Assembly: GCA_945877765.1 (NCBI GenBank) | Contig: CAMDWQ010000006.1 | Span: 15,046-79,045 of the forward strand | DNA from: Candidatus Omnitrophota bacterium | GTDB taxonomy: Bacteria > Omnitrophota > Gorgyraeia > 2-02-FULL-51-18 | Direction of reading: 5' to 3' | Length of the DNA stretch: 64,000 nt | Shown here: piece by piece, positions 46,243-56,596 of the stretch | Position numbering within the stretch: the first letter of the stretch is position 1 | How the letters are laid out: the number at the start of each line of letters is the position of its first letter | The notes under the pieces: model-generated | Database searches by the model: none | What the model saw: the letters and a program-made list of their open reading frames with translations, nothing else | Told to the model about the DNA's origin: nothing | Translations under genes and position numbers: made by a program

Positions 46243-47901
46243 CTACCTCTTCTCTAAAAAACGGTTGGTGATGGGCATCCGCCGGTCGCGGCCAAAAGCG
46301 CGCGGCGTAATCTTGATTCCCGGAGGTGCCTGACGGCGTTTGTACTCATTGGTATCGATTAGGCGGACCATGCGAATGACTTCACTCTCCCCCACACCCA
46401 GATTCAGGAGCTTCTCAATCGAAGCATCCTTTTCTACATAAGCATCAATTAGCTGATCCAAAAATTTATAGGCTGGCAATGAATCCTGATCTTTCTGATT
46501 GGGACGAAGCTCAGCGCTGGGGGCTCGGTCAATAATGCTGCGGGGGATCAAAGCAAGACCGGCGTGTTTATTGCGCCAATCAGCCAACTGGAACACCATT
46601 GTCTTGGGAACGTCTTTAATCACCGCAAACCCGCCCGCCATATCCCCATAGAGGGTGCAATAGCCGGTCGCCATTTCGCTCTTATTACCCGTTGTTAAAA
46701 CCAAGTACCCAAATTTATTAGACAAAGCCATTAGCAGAGTGCCGCGAATACGCGCCTGAAGATTTTCCTCCGTGCTATTCGCCTCCAAATCCGCAAAAAC
46801 ACTTTTCAATACTTTCTGGAACTCAGAAAATAACGAATCGATGCGAAACTCAAGGCAACGGATACCCAACTTAGCCGCCAAAGCCTTGGAATCGGCATAG
46901 GTTTCTGTGGAGGTATAGGGAGACGGCATGGTAACACCGATCACATTTTCTGCGCCGAGCGCGTCGACTGCCAGCGCTGCGACTAGCGCTGAGTCAATTC
47001 CTCCGCTTAAACCAATCACCGCCTTTTTAAAACCATTCTTTGTCACGTAATCACCAAGCCCGAGCGTAAGCGCCTTATAGATTTCCTCTTCTTCCACCAT
47101 CACCTTGTTTTTGATATAAGCTTTTCTTTTGGCTCCCTTAAATGCCAACTCTACCACACGAAGATCTTCCTTAAACTGAGGAGATTCGGCTGCCAGTTTC
47201 CCGCTGGGATCCACTAAGAGGCTGCCTCCGTCAAACACCAGCTCATCCTGACCGCCCACAAGATTTAGATAGAGGACCCAAGATTTTGTGGAGCCCGTTA
47301 GCTTCTTCATTAAATCAATTCTTGTTTTTTGCTTGCCGCGGCAGTAAGGAGAGGCGGAAATATTGATCAGGCAATCGATCTTACGCGAATATTCCCGGCG
47401 ATACACAAAGCTTTCCTTATCCCAGATATCCTCACAAATCGAAATGCCCCACCGCGCGCCAAACGCTTTAAAAATCAGCGGTTTTTTACCCTCCGAAAAA
47501 TATCTTTTTTCATCAAAGACGCCGTAATTAGGTAGTTTGTTTTTTCGGTAAATTGCGGCTAGCTTGCCATCAAAAAAAACGGCTGCCGAATTATAAAGAG
47601 CCTTACTTTTGGGATCCCTTTCAACAAAACCCACCACCGCAAGTAATCCGCGGGTATGTGCAGTTAATGAATGCAGGACTTTATAATTTTGATCAACAAA
47701 ACTTTGCTTAAAAAGCAGATCTTCGGGTGGGTAGCCTGGTATCGTCATTTCAGGAAAAACAACAACCTGGCATTTTTGGGTCTTAGCGAACACGAGAGCG
47801 TCTATCACTTTTTTTTGATTAAAAGCAAAATCGCCAACGGTTGTATTCACTTGTGCCATGCAGACACGTACAAGTCCTGGCGTTGGCTTTAAATTTGTCA
47901 T
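46243..47901 (-). CDS. nadE: Glutamine-dependent NAD+ synthetase
   Basis: Nitrilase domain (FPE..GYPPED, K..LPNY.VFDE.R, ICED) plus SGGIDS, ENLQARIR, NKSE, PSAEL. Confidence 0.96.
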   Translation of the reverse strand: MTNLKPTPGLVRVCMAQVNTTVGDFAFNQKKVIDALVFAKTQKCQVVVFPEMTIPGYPPEDLLFKQSFVDQNYKVLHSLTAHTRGLLAVVGFVERDPKSKALYNSAAVFFDGKLAAIYRKNKLPNYGVFDEKRYFSEGKKPLIFKAFGARWGISICEDIWDKESFVYRREYSRKIDCLINISASPYCRGKQKTRIDLMKKLTGSTKSWVLYLNLVGGQDELVFDGGSLLVDPSGKLAAESPQFKEDLRVVELAFKGAKRKAYIKNKVMVEEEEIYKALTLGLGDYVTKNGFKKAVIGLSGGIDSALVAALAVDALGAENVIGVTMPSPYTSTETYADSKALAAKLGIRCLEFRIDSLFSEFQKVLKSVFADLEANSTEENLQARIRGTLLMALSNKFGYLVLTTGNKSEMATGYCTLYGDMAGGFAVIKDVPKTMVFQLADWRNKHAGLALIPRSIIDRAPSAELRPNQKDQDSLPAYKFLDQLIDAYVEKDASIEKLLNLGVGESEVIRMVRLIDTNEYKRRQAPPGIKITPRAFGRDRRMPITNRFLEKR

Positions 47902-47905
47902 TCGA

Positions 47906-48247
47906 TTAACTCCGCGATATTGAAAAAAAAGTACCCCTGCCTCTTTCCAGAGACAGCTCAACCAGTTTGTTGGGTTTTATCTCGCGTTGAATAATCTTAA
48001 AAAAAATACGCAGCAGATTCAGTTCTGTTATTTTTATTTTTTTTAAAAAATCAACGTCTCTTCCTAAGTCGCGCGAATGGATCTTTTGAATGATTGAATC
48101 GTGGATCTTTTTCTCAATATAATTCTCATCCGTCTTCTCGGAAAAAGGGACTCTGACTAGAAGTGTGTAATTATAACCATGGACTTCAGACTTACGGGAA
48201 AAGCTGGCGCTAAAATAAAAAAGCTTGGTCAGAAAAACTTTTTTCAT
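47906..48247 (-). CDS. Degenerate 6-pyruvoyltetrahydropterin synthase/QueD-fold protein
   Basis: FSAS-F and HG-Y-NY in place of FSA(A/S)H and HGHNY; T-E-L in place of the ENL motif; overlaps folE. Confidence 0.55.
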   Translation of the reverse strand: MKKVFLTKLFYFSASFSRKSEVHGYNYTLLVRVPFSEKTDENYIEKKIHDSIIQKIHSRDLGRDVDFLKKIKITELNLLRIFFKIIQREIKPNKLVELSLERGRGTFFSISRS

Positions 48248-48804
48248 TTACGGCCGATAAGGTTCATGAACTCCATGCGAGTGCTGCGGTCCGTACGAAA
48301 AACTCCCAGCATGGAACTGGTGACACAAGTGGCATTTTGCTTTTCAACTCCGCGCATCGCCATGCATAAATGAAAAGCCTCAATAACGACAGCGACGCCG
48401 TGCGGGTTTAAAGCCTCGCGCAGGCAATCAGCGATTTGATGTGTAAGTCTCTCTTGGACCTGCAAACGACGGGCAAACACATCGACAATACGGGGCATTT
48501 TACTTAAGCCCACGATGCGCCCATTCGGAATATAAGCCACGTGGCATTTGCCATAAAACGGAAGTAAGTGATGCTCGCATAAACTGTAGATATCCAAATC
48601 CTTCATCACCACCATCTCGTCGTACTCTTCGTCAAAAAGCGCTGAGTTGAGAACTTGCTTAATATTTTTTTTGTACCCGCTAGTCAGGTACTGGTAGGAA
48701 GCTTCCACCCGCTTGGGAGTTTTGAGAAGGCCTTGACGGCTCGGATTTTCACCGATACTTTGAAGAAGTTCGCGAGTAATTTGCTGAATATTTTTTTTGG
48801 GCAT
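48244..48804 (-). CDS. folE: GTP cyclohydrolase I
   Basis: [37 protein letters not shown]. Confidence 0.97.
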   Translation of the reverse strand: MPKKNIQQITRELLQSIGENPSRQGLLKTPKRVEASYQYLTSGYKKNIKQVLNSALFDEEYDEMVVMKDLDIYSLCEHHLLPFYGKCHVAYIPNGRIVGLSKMPRIVDVFARRLQVQERLTHQIADCLREALNPHGVAVVIEAFHLCMAMRGVEKQNATCVTSSMLGVFRTDRSTRMEFMNLIGRK

Positions 48805-48819
48805 TTTAATCTTTGGGTA

Positions 48820-48875
48820 AAAAAGAACCCCGCCCACTCAAACCCTCTTTGAAGAGGTCTTAAGTGAGCGGGGAA
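48820..48875 (-). terminator. Rho-independent terminator
   Basis: On the minus strand CCCCGCTCAC...GTGGGCGGGG followed by TTCTTTT. Confidence 0.65.
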
Positions 48876-48879
48876 TAAA

Positions 48880-49221
48880 CTATTCTAAGCGAGCTTTCTC
48901 GGGAGTGATGAGAGGCTGCTTTTTGGGAATCCAGAACGTCAGAAGATCAATCGCGCCTGCGCCAATGCGATGAATCCCCTTACGAACGCCAATAGCACCG
49001 CCGGCAACAACTCCGGTAATGTTTTCAGCAGTGTTCTTGCCTTTAGAGGCTTCTGCATGTGTCGCGTCAAGTATTTCGACCCAGCCTGTAGAAGCATTGC
49101 GGGCACCCGTCCGGACATTCTTAATTTGCGCCTGTCCGTTATCAGCGCCTGAATCCGCGAATGCGGGGGCAGATGTGAACGCAACCATGACAAGCAACAT
49201 CAATGAGACTAATTTCTTCAC
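48880..49221 (-). CDS. Secreted TIGR04073-like protein
   Basis: AGGAGG SD plus GTG 49221; signal peptide; G..N...GWVEI...G...G...G..R...G..D..TF..P...PL..P. Confidence 0.7.
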   Translation of the reverse strand: MKKLVSLMLLVMVAFTSAPAFADSGADNGQAQIKNVRTGARNASTGWVEILDATHAEASKGKNTAENITGVVAGGAIGVRKGIHRIGAGAIDLLTFWIPKKQPLITPEKARLE

Positions 49222-49339
49222 TAGGTAATCCTCCTGATTTAGTTTAGTACAACTTATGAATTCTACCACGGTGACGCATTTAATACAAGCAAAAATTAAC
49301 AAAAGTGCTTAGTTGTAATACCTGGCATAAAAAAAGATA

Positions 49340-49843
49340 CTAACGAAAGTTAATAAACTGTAAATCTACATCAAAGCTTTTTTGCCTTAGGGCCGCTATC
49401 AATGCCTGCAAATCATCAATTTTTACCGCCTGGACACGAATTTGTTCTGACTGGATTTGTGGCTGCACTTTCATCTTGAGCTCTTTGATGTATTTAACAA
49501 CATCCTTGGCCTTGTCGGAAGGAATGCCGCTTTGAATTTTAATGATCTGCTTTACCGAACCGCCGACCATGCCGCTTTCAACTTTTTCATACACAAGAGA
49601 CTTGAGTGAGACGCCCCGCTTCACGCACTTGGTTTGGATAAGATCTACAAGCGTTTTGAGCCGGTACTCGCTCTCTGTCTTAAGCGTGATCGTTTTCTCA
49701 CTCTTATCTAACTCCATCGAGCTATTGGAGCCCTTAAAATCAAAGCGCTGGTCCAGCTCTTTTTTAGCCTGGATAACAGCATTGTCAACTTCCTGCATAT
49801 TCACTTCAGAAACGATATCAAATGAATGATCTTTGGATCCCAT
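49340..49843 (-). CDS. yajQ: YajQ family nucleotide (c-di-GMP)-binding protein
   Basis: SFDIVSEV..QEVDNA, RFDFKGS, GI....AK, KVQ.QIQ, D.LQ, LQF.NFR. Confidence 0.95.
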   Translation of the reverse strand: MGSKDHSFDIVSEVNMQEVDNAVIQAKKELDQRFDFKGSNSSMELDKSEKTITLKTESEYRLKTLVDLIQTKCVKRGVSLKSLVYEKVESGMVGGSVKQIIKIQSGIPSDKAKDVVKYIKELKMKVQPQIQSEQIRVQAVKIDDLQALIAALRQKSFDVDLQFINFR

Positions 49844-49854
49844 CGGTTTCTCCG

Positions 49855-50721
49855 TTAGAAAATTTTTTTAAATGTGTTCCCAATTTCTGAAAGATCGCGA
49901 ATCACCGTGATGCCTTTTTGCTCAAGCGTTGCTATTTTTTCCTGAGCGCTTCCTCGAACCCCTGAAACAATCGCTCCCGCATGCCCCATCCGCTTACCCT
50001 TAGGAGCTGTCGTCCCAGCAATAAAAGACAAAACTTTCTTTTTCATATTTTTTTCGATGTAGGCCGCTGCCTCTTCTTCTTGGCTGCCGCCAATTTCACC
50101 GATGAGAAGCACGGCCTCTGTTTCGGGGTCTTTCTCAAAAAGTTCTAGTAAATCGATAAATCCGGTCCCAATGACGGGATCACCGCCTATGCCAATGCAA
50201 GTCGTTTGCCCCAAACCAGCCTGCGTCAACTGCCACACCGCTTCATAAGTCAGCGTTCCACTCCTAGAAATCACGCCCACTCGCCCCTTCTTGTGTATGT
50301 AGCCGGGCATGATCCCTATTTTACACTCTTCCGAGGTAATAATGCCCGGGCAATTGGGACCAATGATTCTGACCTGTTTTGACTTGGCATAAGCAACAGC
50401 GCGAACCATATCCAGCGTCGGAATACCTTCCGTGATACAAACAATCAGCTTAATGTCATTGTCTACGGCCTCTAAAATTGCCGCCAGGGCAAAGGGGGCT
50501 GGGACATAAATCATCGAAGCAGTAGCGCCTGTTTTGGTAACAGCTTCACTGACCGTATTAAAAACCGGGATAGGCCCTACCATCTCCCCACCCTTCTTGG
50601 GCGTCACCCCACCTACCAATTGAGTGCCGTACTCATGGCATTTTAAAGAATGGAAGCTTCCCGCCTTGCCGGTAATGCCCTGACAAATAACCTTGGTGGC
50701 GCGATTAACGAGAATGGACAT
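49855..50721 (-). CDS. sucD: Succinyl-CoA synthetase alpha subunit
   Basis: [31 protein letters not shown]. Confidence 0.97.
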   Translation of the reverse strand: MSILVNRATKVICQGITGKAGSFHSLKCHEYGTQLVGGVTPKKGGEMVGPIPVFNTVSEAVTKTGATASMIYVPAPFALAAILEAVDNDIKLIVCITEGIPTLDMVRAVAYAKSKQVRIIGPNCPGIITSEECKIGIMPGYIHKKGRVGVISRSGTLTYEAVWQLTQAGLGQTTCIGIGGDPVIGTGFIDLLELFEKDPETEAVLLIGEIGGSQEEEAAAYIEKNMKKKVLSFIAGTTAPKGKRMGHAGAIVSGVRGSAQEKIATLEQKGITVIRDLSEIGNTFKKIF

Positions 50722-51895
50722 GTTGGGCTCTATATTCGGCAGCTTTTTGAACGGATACCTGGGCCGCTTCCTTAATCGTGCGGCAAGAAATAATTTGTAA
50801 ACCTGAATTTTTTAAAAGGTCACGACCCTCATCCACACGCGTACCCTCTAAGCGGACTACCAGAGGCACCTTTAAGTCAATCTCTCGCGAAGCTTGGATG
50901 ACACCCTCGGCAATCACATCACACTTCATGATGCCGCCAAAAATATTTACTAAAATAGCCTCCACACGCGGATCCTGAAGAATAATTTTAAATCCCTCGC
51001 GCACTTGATCAGCGGTAGCGCCACCGCCCACATCCAGAAAATTGGAAGGCTCACCACCAGCCATCTTGATCATATCCATCGTCGCCATCGCCAGTCCCGC
51101 GCCATTGACAAGACAGCCGACATTCCCCCCCATTGACACATAATTCAAACCAACTTCTTTTGCTTTTCTTTCCCGCTCATCCTCTTCATCGGGATCTTTC
51201 ATTGCTGCCACATCCAAGTGGCGAAATAGCGCATTATCATCAAATACAATTTTTGCATCCAATGCAATAATAGTCGAGCCCCCACAAAGCGCTAGCGGGT
51301 TGATTTCGCACAGCGAAACATCCTTTTCCATAAAAAGCAAAGCAAGTTTTGCCGCAATATCCGCGATTTGAGAAGGGATTTTATCTTCCGAAAACTGTTT
51401 CCTGATTTGGCTAAAAATCTGCTCTTTGGTGGGCAAGTTGGTGTAAGAAAAATAAATCCTTGTGATCGCCTCGGGTTTTGCGATGGCCACTTCCTCGATC
51501 TCGACTCCGCCCTCACGTGAAAAAAGAATTACCGGTTGATCATGGGCTCGGTCAATCGCTATGCCCAAGTAATATTCTTCATCAATCCTGCGGTCTTCGC
51601 TGATAAGAACTGCGTGAACGATTTTAGACTCGCCTGCGGATTGGTAGGTTGAAAAGGGTTTTCCTAAGAATCGACTGCAAAACGCCTCTGCTTCTTCGGC
51701 GGTGTGCACATGAATCACGCCCCCTGCTTTTCCACGACCCCCCATCAACACCTGAACCTTCGCAACACAAGAGGGATTTGCAAATTTCTTAAAAGCGCCA
51801 GCCGCCTCGGCGGTGCTGAAAACCACTTGCCCCAAAGCAATGGGGATGCCGTATTTTTCTAGCAAGTCCCTGGATTGGTATTCGTGTATCTTCAT
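50705..51895 (-). CDS. sucC: Succinyl-CoA synthetase beta subunit
   Basis: [38 protein letters not shown]. Confidence 0.97.
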   Translation of the reverse strand: MKIHEYQSRDLLEKYGIPIALGQVVFSTAEAAGAFKKFANPSCVAKVQVLMGGRGKAGGVIHVHTAEEAEAFCSRFLGKPFSTYQSAGESKIVHAVLISEDRRIDEEYYLGIAIDRAHDQPVILFSREGGVEIEEVAIAKPEAITRIYFSYTNLPTKEQIFSQIRKQFSEDKIPSQIADIAAKLALLFMEKDVSLCEINPLALCGGSTIIALDAKIVFDDNALFRHLDVAAMKDPDEEDERERKAKEVGLNYVSMGGNVGCLVNGAGLAMATMDMIKMAGGEPSNFLDVGGGATADQVREGFKIILQDPRVEAILVNIFGGIMKCDVIAEGVIQASREIDLKVPLVVRLEGTRVDEGRDLLKNSGLQIISCRTIKEAAQVSVQKAAEYRAQHVHSR

Positions 51896-52842
51896 GAGGC
51901 GATGGCTATCCGGTCGACTTCCTCAATCCCCTGCTTGACCTTCGCTGCGGATTGGGTTAACGCTTTTTTTTCTTCGTCGGTCAAAGGAATTTCCACCACC
52001 CGCTCAATCCCGTTTTTACCCAGCTCGGCAGGCACACCGAAGTACATATTTTTTAAACCGTATTCACCGGATAAAAAAGCGCAAACTGGCAGTACTTGCT
52101 TTTCATCCCGCAATACCACTCGCACCATTTCACAGACGGAGCTTGCCGGAGCATAAAAAGCACTCCCTGTTTTTAATAAAGCTACGATTTCGGCGCCGCC
52201 ATCTCGCGTCCTCTGCTCAATTTTTGAAAGTTCCTCTGTTGGAATAGCGCCGGATGGGGATTTTCCATTGACCAGCGTATGGCTTGAAACGGGAACCATG
52301 AGATCTCCGTGGCCGCCCAAAACAATCGCTTTCACCTCTTGAGGCACACAGCCTAAGCGGTCCGCGATAAAATAGCGCATACGCGCTGTATCCAAGACTC
52401 CCGCCATGCCGAACACTCTATTTTTGGAAAATCCTGTCACTTTGGCCGCCAAATGCGTCATCACATCCAGCGGATTAGTGACAATGATAAGCTTTGAATC
52501 AGGCGCAAATTTTTTAATGTTTCCGCAAACATCAGTAATAATTTTTGCATTTAATGCCAACAGATCCTCACGCGTCATCCCCGGTTTACGAGGCAAGCCC
52601 GCGGTGACGACGACAATTTCTGCCCCGGCAATATCCTCATAGCGGTTAGTGCCGACAATGCGGCGGTCGTGACCCTCAATTGGCGCTGCTTCCATCAAAT
52701 CCAAAGCCTTGCCTTGAGGCATGCCCTCGACGACATCAAAAAGAACCACGTCTGAAATCCCTTTTTCAAGGATTCTCTGCGCGGTGGTTGCTCCGACCTG
52801 ACCCGCCCCAATCACTGCCACAAAAGGTTTGCGAACACCCAT
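51892..52842 (-). CDS. mdh: Malate dehydrogenase (LDH-like)
   Basis: GAGQVG, TAGLPRKPGMTREDL, NPLD, LD.AR, GGHGD, GGAEIV..GSA. Confidence 0.96.
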   Translation of the reverse strand: MGVRKPFVAVIGAGQVGATTAQRILEKGISDVVLFDVVEGMPQGKALDLMEAAPIEGHDRRIVGTNRYEDIAGAEIVVVTAGLPRKPGMTREDLLALNAKIITDVCGNIKKFAPDSKLIIVTNPLDVMTHLAAKVTGFSKNRVFGMAGVLDTARMRYFIADRLGCVPQEVKAIVLGGHGDLMVPVSSHTLVNGKSPSGAIPTEELSKIEQRTRDGGAEIVALLKTGSAFYAPASSVCEMVRVVLRDEKQVLPVCAFLSGEYGLKNMYFGVPAELGKNGIERVVEIPLTDEEKKALTQSAAKVKQGIEEVDRIAIAS

Positions 52843-52867
52843 AAAATTGCCTCTTTCTATATTTTAA

Positions 52868-53314
52868 TTACTGCAAATATTTGCCTAAAAATTCGCTGAT
52901 GCGGCGAGAATCGGCCTGTCCGGCTAATTTTTCCGTCAAAACTTTCATTACCTTGCCAAATTCTTTTTTAGAGGTAGCCCCTTGAGCTTTGATTTCAGAC
53001 TGCACGAGCGCCTCAAGATCGGCATCCGCCATCTGTTGGGGCAGATAGGATTCAAGAATAAGCGCTTCTTTAGATTCTTTGTCGGCAAGGTCCGCGCGGC
53101 CGCCTTTGGTGAACTGGTCAATGGATTCGCGGCGTTGCTTGATTTGGCGCTGAATCACTTGCTGAGCCTCAGCGTCAGAAACCGCCTCCACCTTCTTTTC
53201 AATCGCGGCATATTTTAAAGCGGATTTAAGAAAGCGTACTACGGAGAGACGCACTTCGTCCCTGGCAATCATCGCACTTTTTATATCCTGTTCAATTTTT
53301 GTTACTAAGGACAT
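52868..53314 (-). CDS. GatB/YqeY domain protein
   Basis: D.K.AM...D..RL..R, K.RRES...F..GGR.DL...E..E...YLP. Confidence 0.93.
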   Translation of the reverse strand: MSLVTKIEQDIKSAMIARDEVRLSVVRFLKSALKYAAIEKKVEAVSDAEAQQVIQRQIKQRRESIDQFTKGGRADLADKESKEALILESYLPQQMADADLEALVQSEIKAQGATSKKEFGKVMKVLTEKLAGQADSRRISEFLGKYLQ

Positions 53315-53343
53315 GGATGCCTCAAGTGTCATTTTCTAGGTTT

Positions 53344-53373
53344 GATCCCCGATTAAAACATTCGGGGATGACA
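53344..53373. repeat. REP-like palindrome (GTCATCCCCG...CGGGGATC class), single half element
   Basis: GATCCCCGA-TTAAAACAT-TCGGGGATGACA. Confidence 0.6.
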
Positions 53374-53376
53374 GTC

Positions 53377-53416
53377 AAAAAGGGGTTTGTGATTTTTGGT
53401 CACAAACCCCTTTTTT
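53377..53416 (-). terminator. Bidirectional rho-independent terminator
   Basis: AAAAAGGGGTTTGTGA / TCACAAACCCCTTTTT. Confidence 0.85.
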
Positions 53417-53442
53417 AAAAATCTAGCTTTTGCTTTTTATGC

Positions 53443-53793
53443 TTAGCTTTTTGCTTCGTCAGCCGACTTGACAGGAATTTGTACCGTCTCTGAAACTGCC
53501 TGGCCCGTTGTTTCAGCCACGCCCGTTACGTTGTCCGTCACCAGATTCGTTGTTTTGGCAACATCGCCCTTTACAATCGCCTCGGTGTTTTCACCGGTTT
53601 TAGACACGACCTTTTCGCCGGTGTTCTGCAGCACATTGGAAGTCATGCTACCGGTTTCCTTGACGGCTTTGACAGGGGCATTAAAAAGTCTCCTAAAAAA
53701 ACCAGTCACGCTGTTTTCGCCTTCGGCAAACGATACTGAAACCATTGAAACGGAAAATAATGCCATTAACGCTACTACGGAAATTTTCTTCAT
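53443..53793 (-). CDS. Small secreted protein with T/V/G-rich amphipathic repeats
   Basis: AGGAGG SD; signal peptide ending SFA; repeated (K/N/E)TG units. Confidence 0.75.
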   Translation of the reverse strand: MKKISVVALMALFSVSMVSVSFAEGENSVTGFFRRLFNAPVKAVKETGSMTSNVLQNTGEKVVSKTGENTEAIVKGDVAKTTNLVTDNVTGVAETTGQAVSETVQIPVKSADEAKS

Positions 53794-53850
53794 TGAAACT
53801 GCCTCCTGGTTGAATTTAAGAGCGTATTATATGAACCTCGTTGATTGAAG

Positions 53851-55737
53851 TCAAGAAATTTTAGAACTAGTTGAAATAATTTCGTAATTACTGCTTTTGT
53901 ACGCGTCAAGGTTAGTCACCAAAATGAAAATTTTCTCAATATCCTCTGCCGCCAAGCCCTCTTGGGCGGCTAGGGACTCAAGATCAACGCCGCTAGTCGT
54001 CCCATCGGCGCGCTCATCCCAATCATGGGTTATCATCGAACCTCCCCGTGTCCGCAATAGCAACTGAATCATCAATCCAACGCCCGGTCCTTCTGCCTTA
54101 ATTTTTAAAACGGGCAAGTTTTTTTCCTTTGGCGCAACAGCAATTTCATAATAATCCGTTGCCCAGGCGGATACATCGCAGGCATTGGTATTGTCGCCAC
54201 CAACCGGAAGCTCCTCTAGATGCGCCTTAAATCCGGCCCACTCCCCAACCCAATCAGTGCCGCAAGCAGGCCCAAGTTTTTTTTGGTCGCCGTAGCCGTC
54301 CAAAAGATAGAACGATTTTTCCTTAAAGAGCAGTTTTGTTCTAGCAACTTCTCTTAGGTAGACCGCGTCTTCCTTTAATCCAAAATCATTCAATAAGCAA
54401 GCCTTGGAAAATTTTTTCAAAAGAGATCTGCTGGGTGTGTTGGTTGCGGATTCGAGGGACTGCTTAAAGTTTAATGGGTCTGCCTGGCGAAGAGCCCGGC
54501 TCAGGGTTTCGATGGTTTTCATGCCAAATTGATAATCAATAAATCTCCAAAAAAGGGCATTTTCATAACGCAGCTCGGTAAAGGGCTGATCCGGGTAGCG
54601 CATAAAATAGTTGGAACCCCCGCGCGAGAAACGGATTTTATTCGGAAGTGTTTCTCTGAATCCCTGCGAATAAAAGTCGTGGCGTGCACCGGCAAAAGTT
54701 TCAAAGTAGCGTGCCAAACCCTCCACGTACCAATCCAAGCTTTTCTTGGATGTGGTGCGCTCTATAGCCTCTGGCGATATATCGTTGGATTCGCGATTCA
54801 AGTTCTTGTTGTAATAAAACAGTACGACATGGAGCATTTCGTGAATCAAAGTTCCTCGCAGGTCAACGTTGATGTTACGAGGGCCTAAAGAGGAGGGATT
54901 CATTTGTTCCCAGTTTTTTATATATTCTCGATAATTAACGGGCAGAAGAATGAGAGCGCCATAAGCGCGCGCCGAAAATTTAACCGTATCAAAACAAGGT
55001 GCGTCACGGTAGGCAGCACTGGTAAAACCATGAAACTTAAATCCGTTGTCCGCATTTGAATTGCCCAGGTAGATGTCGATTGTTTTATCAGGGTCGTAGA
55101 CATAAGTTTTGTCGGGGTCTGAAAATGAATAGCCTGAGGTGCCAAATCCCTCAAGACGGGTGATCGTCTGATAGGCTGTGACCGCGGCCTCTAGCACCTG
55201 CTGGGGGAATGAGACTGCAACTCCCACCTCCTCAAGAATCTGGTCTGTGTAATGAACTTTTACCGCCGCGCCGTCCTCCAAACGACCCTCGCATACTTTT
55301 TCGAGCGTCTGCACTTGCTCTTCCGGAGCGTTGGGTGTTGGCGCCGACAACACTTTTTCGTTTCCAAGGAAAGTCAGCCGGCCCGTGTAATTATTCAACG
55401 CGGGAATAACTGAAATGGACCCCGAAAGATCATCTTTGACCATCAGATTCCAAGCGCGCTGTCCCTGGGTATCACGTATAAAATGCTTGGCGTTTTTTTT
55501 ATCTTCTACGTATATCTGCACACGAATCAGCTGACCTGCTTGCCAGTGGTAGGACAGCACCTGTTCGCGGCTGACCTTGACAGTGATCGGTGATGTTGAA
55601 GAAGAAAAATTCTGATTAAGATCGATGTAGTTGGGTAGGCTCAATGCCGGCGCATCCGCTGCGCCGCTTGACATTGCAGGCAGCATAAGAGCTGTCGCAA
55701 AGAAAAATACAATAAGGTTATGTTTTGGTTTTATCAT
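53851..55737 (-). CDS. Secreted zinc metallopeptidase-like protein (gluzincin)
   Basis: Signal peptide; HEMLH followed by WYVEGLARYFE. Confidence 0.72.
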   Translation of the reverse strand: MIKPKHNLIVFFFATALMLPAMSSGAADAPALSLPNYIDLNQNFSSSTSPITVKVSREQVLSYHWQAGQLIRVQIYVEDKKNAKHFIRDTQGQRAWNLMVKDDLSGSISVIPALNNYTGRLTFLGNEKVLSAPTPNAPEEQVQTLEKVCEGRLEDGAAVKVHYTDQILEEVGVAVSFPQQVLEAAVTAYQTITRLEGFGTSGYSFSDPDKTYVYDPDKTIDIYLGNSNADNGFKFHGFTSAAYRDAPCFDTVKFSARAYGALILLPVNYREYIKNWEQMNPSSLGPRNINVDLRGTLIHEMLHVVLFYYNKNLNRESNDISPEAIERTTSKKSLDWYVEGLARYFETFAGARHDFYSQGFRETLPNKIRFSRGGSNYFMRYPDQPFTELRYENALFWRFIDYQFGMKTIETLSRALRQADPLNFKQSLESATNTPSRSLLKKFSKACLLNDFGLKEDAVYLREVARTKLLFKEKSFYLLDGYGDQKKLGPACGTDWVGEWAGFKAHLEELPVGGDNTNACDVSAWATDYYEIAVAPKEKNLPVLKIKAEGPGVGLMIQLLLRTRGGSMITHDWDERADGTTSGVDLESLAAQEGLAAEDIEKIFILVTNLDAYKSSNYEIISTSSKIS

Positions 55738-55740
55738 TGT

Positions 55741-55827
55741 CAGCGATCCGGCTGCCCTATCTCTGCTTTTTAGCAGAACTTAGGCCCGTGATTTTGCGTC
55801 CTACCGTTTCCAGTAGTTTGCCTTTTT
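55741..55827 (-). ncRNA. Cyclic di-GMP-I (GEMM-I) riboswitch
   Basis: Minus strand AAAGGCAAAC-TACTG-GAAA-CGGTAG-GACGCAAA-ATCACGGGCCTAA...GGCAGCCGGATCGCTG: GGCAAA, GAAA tetraloop, GACGCAAA and GCCTAA receptor all present. Confidence 0.92.
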
Positions 55828-55883
55828 TAACAATCATGCATTACAAAAAGAGCTTAATCTGATCTTATTAAATATCTAGTGGA

Positions 55884-55912
55884 AGTATATATGACAATAT
55901 TTGTTATTTCAA
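55884..55912 (-). promoter_or_regulatory. Sigma70 promoter of the riboswitch-containing leader
   Basis: TTGAAA-17 bp-TATACT on the minus strand. Confidence 0.65.
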
Positions 55913-55930
55913 TGGGGTGATCAAAAAAGT

Positions 55931-56488
55931 CTAGGTTTTTCTAATGAGGATCTGTGGGTCCAGAAGCCCTGTGCTCGGATTTAAGGCTCCGTAAAGAGTG
56001 ATGATTTCAAAATGGACGTGGGGTTGAATGCCTGCGGCTGAGGCATTCCCTGTTTTTCCACAAGTCCCAATGATGTCGCCACGAGCCACCCAGTCCCCCT
56101 GGCGCCCATAGAGCCTAGAAAGATGTGCGTAGCGCGTGCGCAGTCCATCAAAGTGTCCAATTTCAGCGTACAAACCATATCCTTTTTCCTGGCCAGCAAA
56201 TACAATCCTGCCTGACTTCGAAGCCAAAACCGGCTCTCCCAATCGCGCCAAGACATCAATCCCCTTGTGCCTGCGCTTGCCATTGCGAGAAGCTCCGAAA
56301 TAACCCTTTCCATAGGGGTCGTTTCTTAGACGAATGCTTTGGGATTCTGGCTTTATAGGACTTGAAAAATATGTCTCTTGTTTGTGAAGCTTATCATCGG
56401 CGCTACGCCAAACTAAGATTAGAGAGGAAAATAGAGCGCAGCCCGCAAGGAAGAACAGCGTGGGTGCACAGGCGGAAAATTTCCGCAC
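55931..56488 (-). CDS. M23 family metallopeptidase
   Basis: HKGID, GYG, Y.HL, V..G..IG..G.TGNA, PHVHFEI; N-terminal hydrophobic anchor. Confidence 0.92.
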   Translation of the reverse strand: MRKFSACAPTLFFLAGCALFSSLILVWRSADDKLHKQETYFSSPIKPESQSIRLRNDPYGKGYFGASRNGKRRHKGIDVLARLGEPVLASKSGRIVFAGQEKGYGLYAEIGHFDGLRTRYAHLSRLYGRQGDWVARGDIIGTCGKTGNASAAGIQPHVHFEIITLYGALNPSTGLLDPQILIRKT

Positions 56489-56491
56489 AAA

Positions 56492-56596
56492 CTAAAACCC
56501 GAAACGCGCCCGGACCAACGCAACCATCACGATACCAATCATGATGCCAACGAACGTGTAGCGGTTTAGATTAAAATCAAAGGGGGCTTGAAACAT
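56492..56596 (-). CDS. Putative 34 aa single-TM small protein
   Basis: Not in ORF track: MFQAPFDFNLNRYTFVGIMIGIVMVALVRARFGF*. TTGCGT-16-TACAAT promoter (TG-extended) ends 6 nt before the ATG; stop is 3 nt before the M23 start. Confidence 0.5.
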   Translation of the reverse strand: MFQAPFDFNLNRYTFVGIMIGIVMVALVRARFGF

